From the NCBI RefSeq assembly GCF_006345805.1, contig NC_043003.1, positions 12,834,001 through 12,898,000 of the forward strand: a DNA stretch of 64,000 bases, given 5' to 3'. The notes beneath the pieces were generated by a model. That model did no database searches, had not been told where the DNA came from, and saw only the letters and a list, made by a program, of their open reading frames with translations. How positions within the stretch are numbered: the stretch's first letter is position 1; each line of letters begins with the position of its first letter. Positions 1 to 10,261 of the stretch are shown here, piece after piece. The DNA comes from Octopus sinensis (taxonomy: Eukaryota). A program made the translations under genes and the position numbers.

Positions 1-880
1 GCTGGGCGAAATGCGTAGCCGTATTTCATCTACCATTACGTTCTGAGTTCAAATTCCGCCGAGGTTGACTTTGCCTTTCATCCTTTCGAGGTCGATAAAT
101 TAAGTACCAGTTACGCACTGGGGTCGATATAATCGACTTAATCTGTTTGTCTGTCCTTGTTTGTCCCCTCTGTGTTTAGCCCCTTGTGGGTAGTAAAGAA
201 ATAAATAATCCTTTTCACTATAGGCACAAGGCCTGAAATTTTGGGGGAGGGCATAAGTCGATTACATGCCCCCCCCCCACTCCCCAATATTTCACTGGTA
301 CTTAATTTATCAACCCCCGAAAGGATGAAAGGCAAAGTCGACCTCAGTGGAATTTGAACTTAGAATTTGAAGACAGATGAAATACCGCTACGCATTTTGT
401 TCTGCATGTTAACGATCTGGCTGGCTCTCCGTCTTAATAATCCCTTCTACTAAAGGTACACAACCTGAAATTTGGAGGGAGGGGACTAGTCAATTACATT
501 GAGCCCCTGTGCTCCACTGGTACTTAATATATCGGCGACCTGGCAGAAACGTTAGCACACCGAGCGAAATGCGTAACCGTATTTCGTCTGTCGTTACGTT
601 GTGAGTTCAAATTCCGCCGAGGTCGACTTTGCCTTTCATCCTTTTGAGGTCGATAAATAAAGTACCAGCTACGGCACTGGGGTCGATGTAATCGACTTAA
701 TCCGTTTGTCTGTCCTTGTTTGTCCCCTCTATGTTTAGCCCCTTGTAGGCAATAAAGAAATAAATATATCAACTCTTAAAGGCAAAGTCGACCATGGCGG
801 AATTTGAACTCCGACCATAAGGCAAAATGTCGCTAAGCATTTAGCCCAGCATGCTAACGACTCTACCAGCTCCCTGCCTT

Positions 881-913
<33 letters not shown>

Positions 914-960
914 CCTTTCTGCTAAAGGCATAAAGCCTGAAATTATGTGGGAGGAGATAC
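1..960. mobile_element. Cluster of tRNA-derived SINE family A copies in both orientations
   Basis: Repeated ~230-bp unit with A/B-box-like head (gagttcaaattcc) and core gcctttcatcctt(t/c)ggggtcgataaattaagtacc; tails aataaagaaata or (AAT)n. Confidence 0.85.
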
Positions 961-1399
961 AATTGATCAAAGGTCATAGAAAACTTTTGTCCACTGTTCT
1001 TGATTCTGGGTTGTTTTTTTTTTTTTCCTGAGAGGAGGCCTTCCTCTCCCTGGTCCTTATGGTGACATTTGGTAGAAATGACCCAGAAGTTGTTGCTCTC
1101 TGATTACTATTGCAAACAGCAGTAGCTTTCTTCAACCGAATTTACATGTCGTTGATTGGTTGAAATTTCCCAAATTCACCAAATACAACTTCAACATGAA
1201 ATAACTTCTAAAATACCAAATTTTGTCAAAAAATGTTCAAAGTAAACTGTGTTCTGCGCAAGACATTCCACCAGAATACGAAGTTTCAAACTGTTTAGTT
1301 TTAAAAAATTAATTAAAAAATCTCAGCCAAACTGAACAGATCCAGTATTTGAGTTAATTCTTATTCTGAAAAAAAATTTCATCTTGTATTTTTTTACAG

Positions 1400-1502
1400 G
1401 AATTTTAGAATGGCCTGACATGCCAAAACAAGGAAGCAATGCAACCAAAGTGACGCGTTCTCTTCAATGCAACATGACAGTGAGTGCTGGAGAACAAGAC
1501 AT
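1400..1502 (+). CDS. MED25: MED25 exon, ACID domain N-terminal part: (G)ILEWPDMPKQGSNATKVTRSLQCNMTVSAGEQD(I)
   Basis: Acceptor ttttttacag| at 1399, donor |gtatgt at 1503; phase 1 in, phase 2 out; joins 2117 in frame (AT+T = Ile). Confidence 0.93.
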
Positions 1503-1705
1503 GTATGTATTTATCTCTATTCCTTTTCTTCTTTCATTTTGCCAGGCGTGCTAATGATTCTGCCAGCTCGCTGCCCTCTCATTCTATGTAATTCCATGTA
1601 AGAAACTGCAGTTAAGATATGTTCCAAATACCATCTCAATAATGAAATATTAGTCACAGTAAATCCTTCTGGATTTTCAAAAACTACTCAAAACACATAA
1701 ACTAT

Positions 1706-1960
1706 CATCATCATCATCATCATCGTTTAATGTCTGTTTTCCATGCTGGTATGTGTAGGACAGTTTGACTGAGGTCTGGAGAGCCAGTGGCTGCACCAGG
1801 ATCCAATCTGATCTGGCAATGTTTCTACAGCTGGATATCCTTACTTAATGCCAACCACTCCAATAGTGTAGTGGGTGCTTTTTACTTGCCAACAGGTACA
1901 GGAGCCAGTCAGGTGAGCCTGGCTCCGATTACATTTGAATAGTGCTTTTAACGTGCCACC
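1706..1960 (-). mobile_element. Short 3'-end copy of the same RTE family; similar copies at 2735-3520, 5280-5540, 6176-6400, 10313-10760, 11275-11460, 17306-17870, 35130-35530, 35946-36660, 41470-41840, 51143-51390, 51797-52700, 55665-55885, 57305-57500
   Basis: All share (CAT)n-cgtttaacgtcc...ccatgc(t/c)agcatgggttgga...ctacagctggatgcccttcctaa on one strand or the other. Confidence 0.88.
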
Positions 1961-2116
1961 ATTTCATTAAAATCATGGTTCTAAAATCATTTTTAAAAAA
2001 TGCATAATTTAATTGAATGACTTTACTGTTTTTTGCTTAATTTGTATTTTATACCTTGTGAAAATTTTTCATGGAAATTTTACGGTTTTTTTTTGTTTAA
2101 CTTTTTCTCTTTTCAG

Positions 2117-2282
2117 TAATGCTAGTAACTGGCCAAACAAACTAATCATGCAGCTAATTCCAATAGACTTCTTGAACCATTTCTCAGAATACTTTGTGAA
2201 TGCAAAGACGGTCAACTTCCACTTCACTAACACCGATATTGAAGCTATGCGGAGCCTTTGTCGTATCCTAGGAAATTCTCTT
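2117..2282 (+). CDS. MED25: MED25 exon, ACID domain: NASNWPNKLIMQLIPIDFLNHFSEYFVNAKTVNFHFTNTDIEAMRSLCRILGNSL
   Basis: Acceptor ctcttttcag| at 2116, donor |gtaagt at 2283; WPxKLIMQLIP and FHFTN motifs. Confidence 0.96.
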
Positions 2283-2297
2283 GTAAGTACACTCTCT

Positions 2298-2693
2298 TTA
2301 CTCTTTTGCTTGTTTCAGTCATTTGACTGCGGCCATGCTGGAGCACCCCTTTAGTCAAGCAAATCGACCCCAGGACTTGTTCTTTGTAAGCCTAGTACTT
2401 ATTCCATCGGTTTCTTTTACCGAACCGCTAAGTTATGGGGACGTAAACACACCAGCATCGGTTGTCAAGCAATGCTAGAGGGACAAACGCAGACACACAA
2501 ACATATACACACGCATATATATATATATATAAACGGGCTTCTTTCAGTTTCCGTCTACCAAATCCACTCACAAGGCTTTGGTCGGCCCAAGGCTATAGTA
2601 GAAGACACTTGCCCAAGGTGCCACGCAGTGGGAATGAACCCAGAACCATGTGGTTGGGAAGCAAGCAACTTACCACACAGCCATTCCTGCACC
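2298..2693 (-). mobile_element. tRNA-derived SINE family B; further copies at 8193-8586 (-), 11887-12358 (-), 28993-29380 (-), 33230-33592 (+), 39455-39853 (+)
   Basis: ~390-bp unit: tRNA-like head (ggttcagtccc B box), CORE-like accttgggcaagtgtctt, internal (TA)/(CA) microsatellite, tail (aagagta)n. Confidence 0.88.
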
Positions 2694-3906
2694 TATATAT
2701 ATATATATATATATATATTTTTTTTCTAGTTTCATCTTCATCATTTAATGTCCGTTGTCTATGCAATCTGAAAGGCAGTACCAGACTCCAGTCTGATTTG
2801 GCATGGTTTCTCCAGCTTGATGCCCTTCCTAATGCCAACCACTCTGAGAGGGTAATGGGTGCTTTTATGTGCCACCAGCACGGGTGCCATTTGTGTGACA
2901 CAGTATCTGCCATGGATACGATTTTACATGGGTTGCTGGATCTTCTTCCGAAGCAGGACATAATGTCATGGTCTCGGTCATTCGTCATTGCCTCTGTGAG
3001 GCCCAACACTTGAAAGAAGCTTTTTGTGTGCCATCACCATCGGCCACTTTGCCTCCATGAGGCCCAGTACTTTTTACATGCCAGTTACATACCACCAGCA
3101 GACAAACACAAAGATGCCCATACATATATATATGATCCTCTGGTTCTTCCAGCCTTGCAATACTGGGTCCTATGCTCTTCCTTCTTTTTCTATGCCGGTG
3201 GCACGTAAAAAGCACCATCTGATTGTGGTGGCCGTTGCCAGCCTTGTCTTGCCCCCGTGCCGGTGGCACGTAAAAAGCACCATCCGATCTTGGCCGTTTG
3301 CCAGCCTCGTCAGGCACCTGTGCAGGTGGCACGTAAAATGCAACCACTACACTCACGGAGTGGTTGGCGTTGGGAAGGGCATCCAGCTGTAGTAACTCTG
3401 CCAGATCAGACTGGGCCTGGTGCAGCCTTCTGGCTTCCCAGAATCCAGTTGAACCGTCCAACCCATGCCAGCATGGAAAATGGACGATAAACGATGATGA
3501 TAATTTTGGTGCTTGAAACCAGTTCATGCCTCAACTGCACAACTGCGGGTGATGATGTTAATATACAGCAAGAAGAACAAATAATTGTTGGGCATATGTA
3601 GCTGTGTGGTAAGAAGCTTGCTTCCCAACCTCATGGTTCTGGGTTCTGTCCTACTGCTAGGCACCTTCAGTAAGTGTCATCTACTATAGCCTTGGGCCAG
3701 CCAAAGCGTTGTGATTGGATTTAGTTGACACACACTGAAAGAAGCCTGTCATATATATACATATATATATATAAGTACAAAGTGAGATAGGGGTTATGAG
3801 TGTAACCCACTATGGGATATCATTTATCCAATATACTGCCAGTAAAGTACCCAGAAGGCTAATACATAAATGCTAAGAATTGCAATGCAATTATTTCATT
3901 TATTGT

Positions 3907-4293
3907 GGTGGATGGAAGCACTCCGTCGGTTACGACGATGAGGGTTCCGGTTGATCCGATCAACGGAACAGCCTGCTCGTGAAATTAACGTGTAAGTGGC
4001 TGAGCACTCCACAGACACGTGTATCCTTAACGTAGTTCTTGGGGATATTCAGCGTGACACAGAGAGTGACAAGGCCGGCCCTTTGAAATGCAGGTACAAC
4101 AGAAACAGGAAGTAAGAGTGAGAGAAAGTTGTGGTGAAAGAGTACAGCAGGGATCACCACCATCCTTGCTGGAGCTTCGTGGAGCTTTAGGTGTTTTCGC
4201 TCAATAAACACTCACAACGCCCGGTCTGGGAATCGAAACCGCAATCCTATGACCGTGAGACCGCTGCCCTAACCACTGGGCCATTGCGCCTCC
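3907..4293 (-). mobile_element. tRNA-derived SINE family C with a 12-bp TSD; related copies at 5879-6165 (+), 47492-47865 (+, duplicated head), 56965-57262 (-)
   Basis: Head ggaggcgcaatggcccagtggttagggcag...ggtttcgattccc; flanked by ttcatttattgt at 3895-3906 and 4294-4305. Confidence 0.87.
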
Positions 4294-4461
4294 TTCATTT
4301 ATTGTATTATATGGGCGAAGGTAAAATGTTTTACCTCAAATTCATAATACAAAATAAGAAAATGGAGGAGTAAATTTCTATCAATCATCAACTGAATTGG
4401 TATTATCTGGAAGTTGATGATTGATAGAAATCTATTCCTCCATTTTCTTATTTTGTAGTAT

Positions 4462-4525
<64 letters not shown>

Positions 4526-4774
4526 ATATCTTTGTGTTTGTTTTTTATCATTAGTTGACAACCGGTGTTGGTGTGTTTACATCCCCGTAAGTTAGCAGTT
4601 CAGCAAAAGACACTGACAGAATAAGTATCAGATTTAAAAAACAAAAAATAAGTACTGGAGTTGATTCATTTGACTAAAAAAAGATGGTGCCTCACCATGG
4701 CCACAGTCTAATGACTGAGACAAGTAAAAGATAATGAAGAAAACACACACACACATATATATACAGTGTATGTA

Positions 4775-4809
<35 letters not shown>

Positions 4810-6477
4810 GAATGAGTGGACAAATGGAAGAAAAAGGCACTCAACACATGTAGTAGAACAGAGTTATATGTATTGCTTGATTCAGTTCCATATGACTTGG
4901 GGTTTCATGGGCCTCTGATAGAAGCCCATTTTGTTCAGGCTTGGATTATTGAATTCGGTAATCTCTATCTGAAGGAGATGGGTTTCTGTTAGTGGCCTGT
5001 GAAACTTTGAGTCGCATGGTGCTGGAACAGGCTGTTTTAGATAATATATATATATGTATATGAAGGTGCCATGGCCTAGCGGTTAAGGTGTTGCACTCGC
5101 AATCGCCAGATTGTGATTTCAATTCCCAGACTGGGTGGTGTGTTGTGTTCTTGAGCAAAACACTTCATCTCATGTTGCTCAGCGGTGACTTCAACACCTG
5201 ATGCATGGCACACCGTGCACCTGTTCAGACAATGTCGATTTGATGGAGAAAGTGAGCTTATGTGCAGCATGAGCATTTGATCACTCCCCCGTGCCAGTGG
5301 CACATAAAAAGCACCATCCGATTGTGGCTGTTTGCCAGCTTCGTCTGGCACCTGTGCAGGTGGCACATAAAAAGCACCCACTACACTCTCAGAGTGGTTG
5401 GCATTAGGAAGGGCATCCAGCTGTAGAAACACTGCCAGATCAGACTGGGCCTGGCGCAGCCTTCTGGCTTCTTCAGACCCCAGTTGAACCGTCCAACCCA
5501 TGCCAGCATGGAAAACGGACGTTAAACGATGATGAAGATGAAACAAATTGTTTGTGCAAGTTGATCAGCAAAAGCTGAATGCTTGTTTGTTGTCTTTGAT
5601 GGGAGAGTCCAATCCAACATTCTAATATCTGAAATTTGATGAACAAACTAAATTTGTTTCTCCATTTTCGTATTTGTATTATAAAATATTTCTTTATTAT
5701 ATTATAAAATATTTCTTTACCATCACCCGTTTAATACAATAACTAAGTTAATTGCATTGCAATTAAAAACATTTCTGTATTAAGAATCTGGGTACTTTAC
5801 TAACAGTATATTGGATAAATACTATCCCTTAGTGGGTTACACCCATAACCCCTATCTTACTTTATATATATATATAATGGAGGTACATGGCCTAGTGATT
5901 AGAGCAGCGGACTTGTGGTCAAGGGATTGCAGGTTCGAATCTCAGACCGGGCGATGTGTGTGTTTATGAACGAAACACCTAAGCTCCATGCGACTCCAGC
6001 AGAAGGTAATGGTGAACTTCTGCTGACTCTTTCGCCACAACTTTCTCTCACTCTTTCCTCTTGCAGCTCACCTGTGACAGACCTGCGTCCTGTCCAGGTG
6101 GGGAACCTATATGCCAAGGAAACCGGCCCTTATGAGCCAGGTGTGGCTCGAGAAGGAACAAACAATATATATCTATCATCGTTTAACGTCTGCTTTCCAT
6201 GCTGGCAAAGGTTGGATGGTTTGACTGAAAACTGTCAAGCCAGGAGGCTGCACTAGGCTCATATATACATGCATACATATGTGACCTCGCGGAATTTGAC
6301 TAGGCCTGGTGCAGCCTTGTGGCTTCCCAGACCCCAGTTGCACCGTCCAACCCATGCCAGCATGGAAAGCGGACGCTAAACGGTGATGATGATGATGATG
6401 AAAGCTTAATTTACAACTGCTCCTGGCTTTTCTTCTCCTCCTTTTCTCACCCCTCTTTCCTCTCCTTGTCTCTCCAG

Positions 6478-6633
6478 GCTGGCTGTGTCCACATTCCTGG
6501 TGTGCACCAGTGCGAACTGAGGGTGGTGATGCTAATATACAGCAAGAAGAAAAAGTCATTTGTCGGGCTTTTGCCTAGCGACCAAGCAGCTTTCATCACA
6601 GGAATTCGCCAGATCATTGCTGAACACAAAAAG
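6478..6633 (+). CDS. MED25: MED25 exon, ACID domain C-terminal part: [52 protein letters not shown]
   Basis: Long pyrimidine tract ending tctccag| at 6477, donor |gtaagt at 6634; 156 nt, phase 0-0. Confidence 0.96.
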
Positions 6634-7584
6634 GTAAGTATTTAGTATGCCTTTTTGTCTCTGCAAAATAATGTTGTTGATGTTATTGTTGTGTGAGCAT
6701 TTGGCTTTCAGTTGCTAGTCTATATGTATAAATATATGTGTGTGCCTTATTTACTCTTAATAATAATAAATAATAATAGTAATGATAATAATAATAGTAA
6801 TATTGTTGTTGTTGTTGTTACTAGTAGTTGTAGTGGCAGCTGAAGTACTTGATTAATTAATATTAAAGCAAATTATTTTCTGTTTTGTTAGTTTTAAAGT
6901 TTTACTTTAAGCATGTTTGTGTGTTAAATGTCTTAAAATTTCTTTAGATTTTTTTCTGTATAAAAAGTGCATGTGAATTTTTAAGAAAAAATATTTATTC
7001 CTTTATTATTATTATTATTATTATTATTTTAATTATAGGGTTAATCTTATACTTATTTTAGTCGTCTTTATTTAGCCAACCTATTAAGTTGAAGCATAAG
7101 ACTTTAAAACTTATAAACGAAAGTGGGTATTTATCAGAGGTTGACTGGAATGGCAGTTCTCTTTAATTCCTGGGTTGTACGCATAATATAGTAATAAATA
7201 TATAAAATTATTACATAAATAAATAAATAATTGAATAAAAGTGTTGGTCTTTTGGTTCATGGCTATTCTGTTCAATCCTTATCATTCAGATTAAAGCATA
7301 GCTATTAAGACATTTCTTATCTCTTTAGCTTCCAGGTTATTCGGTCAGCTATAATGCTTCTTTATTCCTATTTTTCCGAATTAATCATGTATTATCGATG
7401 ATGTGATTGCTTATGTTTTAGAACGACATTGTCGGATAAGTGCAAGAGGCCAGATCGGGTCAGTTTGGGCATTAAACAAGTAGAATATTCTAGGCTGGAT
7501 GTAGCTGGTTCATCCCTTTAGCATTCATATTACTCTGTCACATTTTATGCTTATTTGTTCAGGAATTTTTGGATTTATCATATA

Positions 7585-7973
7585 CTAGCAGTATCGCCCA
7601 GCATTGCTCGGGTTTGTTTTGCCCCTTTAGAATTGGAATTTTTGAAAAGTAATAATTTTGCATTATGTAGCTTGTTATTCTCTTTACGTGAACATTTTTC
7701 CGGTTAAAATACACCGAAAAGTGGCGAAACAGCAATAAAAAAATCGTAAAAAAAAAGGGGATTTTCATAGAAAAAAAGCACCTTTTTGATGTAAGTAATT
7801 TTTGGTCTTAACACGGTTTGATTTGAATTTTATCTTCTACGGAATGAAGAGCAAGCCTTCTATCATACTCTCAATTTTGGTCAACTTGCGCTGCAGGGTC
7901 TCGGAGGAGATAGTGTTAGTTGAAGGCTACCAAACCTGCCACACACAGACAACTTCAGCTTTATATATATAGA
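7585..7973 (-). mobile_element. Non-autonomous Helitron, family 1; second copy at 31005-31394
   Basis: Minus strand reads A|TCTATATA...cccgagcaatgctgggcgatactgCTAG|T: 5' TC, subterminal GC hairpin, 3' CTAG, A|T target, no TSD. Confidence 0.85.
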
Positions 7974-9543
7974 TTATTTCATAGCTTCAAGTTTTCAGTG
8001 AGATGGCTGTATGTCTTCAGAATGACATTTTAGAGTAGATGTGAAAGGACAGATTTGGCTGTTTTGAGCATAAAACAAGTCGAATATTTTGGGCCAGATC
8101 TAGCTGGCTTAAGTGCTAGAGGGATTAAAACATACTGCTAAGAGACCATACTAGTATAACCCACAACTTAAGTCTTGTAAAAACTTGCATTTACTCTTTT
8201 ACTTGTTTCAGTCATGTGACTGTGGCCATGCTGGAGCACCGCCTTCAGTCGAGCAAATCGACCCCCGAACTTATTCTTTGTTAGCCTAGTACTTATTCTA
8301 TCGGTCTCTTTTGCCGAACCGCTAAGTTACGGGGCCTTAAACACACCAACATCAGTTGTCAAGCAATGCTAGGGGGACAAACACTGACGCACAAACACAC
8401 ACACACATATATATACATATATACAACGGGCTTCTTTCAGCTTCCGTCTACCAAATCCACTCACAAGGCTTTGGTTGGCCCGAGGCTATAGTAGAAGACA
8501 CTTGCCCAAGGTGCCATGCAGTGGGACTGAACCCGGAACCATGTGGTTGGTAAACAAGCTACTTACCACACAGCCACACCTGCGCCATATATGGTCATCT
8601 TAAATGCTAAAAGGTTAATTCTAAACAAATTTTAATTAGCTTTTGCTGTTATTGGTTTGCCGTACCACTAATTAGCCTTGATTGAGCTGATTGCCTTTCT
8701 CTCTTGCAGTTTTTTTTCGGTTTGTGTCTAGGAGTGTAACAGTAAAGGTTAAGTTGTATCGAACTTATTTGCTGTATCTGTGGTAGGTTTGGATGTTAAA
8801 TTAGCAATTGCATCAAGCACAGGTGAAGCTGACTTAATTAACATAGCTGTTTCAATACTGATGATGGTAAGAGTAGTAATTACGGAATTAATTCCATATA
8901 TCACAACTTGTAAAGTCTGAATACAAGAATTCATTTTAATTATTTATTTTCAAGTTTATTTATTTTTTAATTTTTTTTCCTGAAAATTCAAATTAATGAT
9001 TTTTAAGCATCATTGCATCTCTAATGTGACTCATTTGTAGCTTGGAATTTTTCTTTTTTTAATGAGGCTAATTAACCCATTGAAATGTTTTAACATCTAT
9101 CAGAGTCTTGAATGCTCACTAAACCTCATTATATGCACATGCATATATATATATCTACTAATTGTTCTTAATCTTTATGCTCTTGTCTCTCTCAATAACT
9201 CAGCATATTATTAATTCTGTCAATTTTTTTCTGTCAAAGAAAACAAATTACTCACTTTTTTTCTTGTCATGTTTTCAGTTTTATTTTTGCGGTTAGGTTT
9301 CAGTTTCGGAATCTTCACGTTTCCATATTAACCTTTTGCCTGTCCAAAGCATTTTCATAAGTTTGTCCTAAATGTCCATGCTTGTTTTCAATCTTTTTTT
9401 GTTTTTAGTTTGCCCTTAATTTAAATGTTCTGAATAATATGAAACTGTCCTTTTTGTAAGTCTCAAGTCACTCTGCTGGTTGGAAAAAAAAAGAAATGTT
9501 GAGAATGTGTATCATAAATGATGCATGGACACCAGAGGAATAT

Positions 9544-10261
9544 GTCATGTGTATCACATGTGGTACACAGGATAAGCAAGAGGTCAATACACAAGCCTCC
9601 AGTCTGATATTTTGTCATGTGTATCACATGTGGTACACAGGATAAGCAAGAGGTCAATACACAAGCCTCCAGTCTGATATATTTTGTCATGTGTATCACA
9701 TCTGGTACACAGGATAAGCAAGAGGTCAATACACAAGCCTCCAGTCTGCTATATTTTGTCATGTGTATCACATGTGGTACACAGGATAAGCAAGAGGTCA
9801 ATACACAAGCCTCCAGTCTGATATATTTTGTCATGTGTATCACATGTGGTACACAGGATAAGCAAGAGGTCAATACACAAGCCTCCAGTCTGATATATTT
9901 TGTCATGTGTATCACATGTGGTACACAGGATAAGCAAGAGGTCAATACACAAGCCTCCAGTCTGATATATTTTGTCATGTGTATCACATGTGGTACACAG
10001 GATAAGCAAGAGGTCAATACACAAGCCTCCAGTCTGCTATATTTTGTCATGTGTATCACATGTGGTACACAGGATAAGCAAGAGGTCAATACACAAGCCT
10101 CCAGTCTGATATATTTTGTCATGTGTATCACATGTGGTCCATAGGATAAGCAAGAGGTCAATACACAAGCCTCCAGTCTGATATATTTTGTCATGTGTAT
10201 CACATGTGGTACACCGGATAAGCAAGAGGTCAAAACACAAGCCTCCAGTCTGATATATTTT
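9544..10261. repeat. 72-bp minisatellite, 10 copies
   Basis: Units start at 9544, 9614 (the first unit is 70 bp), 9686, 9758, 9830, 9902, 9974, 10046, 10118 and 10190; near-identical. Confidence 0.97.

Noticed and set aside
8858-8925. C/D snoRNA-like TGATGA...CTGA
   Set aside because: The C box is preceded by C, there is no terminal stem, and no recognisable rRNA guide.
8749-8934. Minus-strand 61-aa T/S-rich ORF
   Set aside because: Short, with no recognisable domain, promoter or splice support.
9544-10261. CRISPR-like array (palindromic repeat, regular period)
   Set aside because: The sequence between palindromes is invariant, so there are no unique spacers; the context is a eukaryotic intron with no cas genes.
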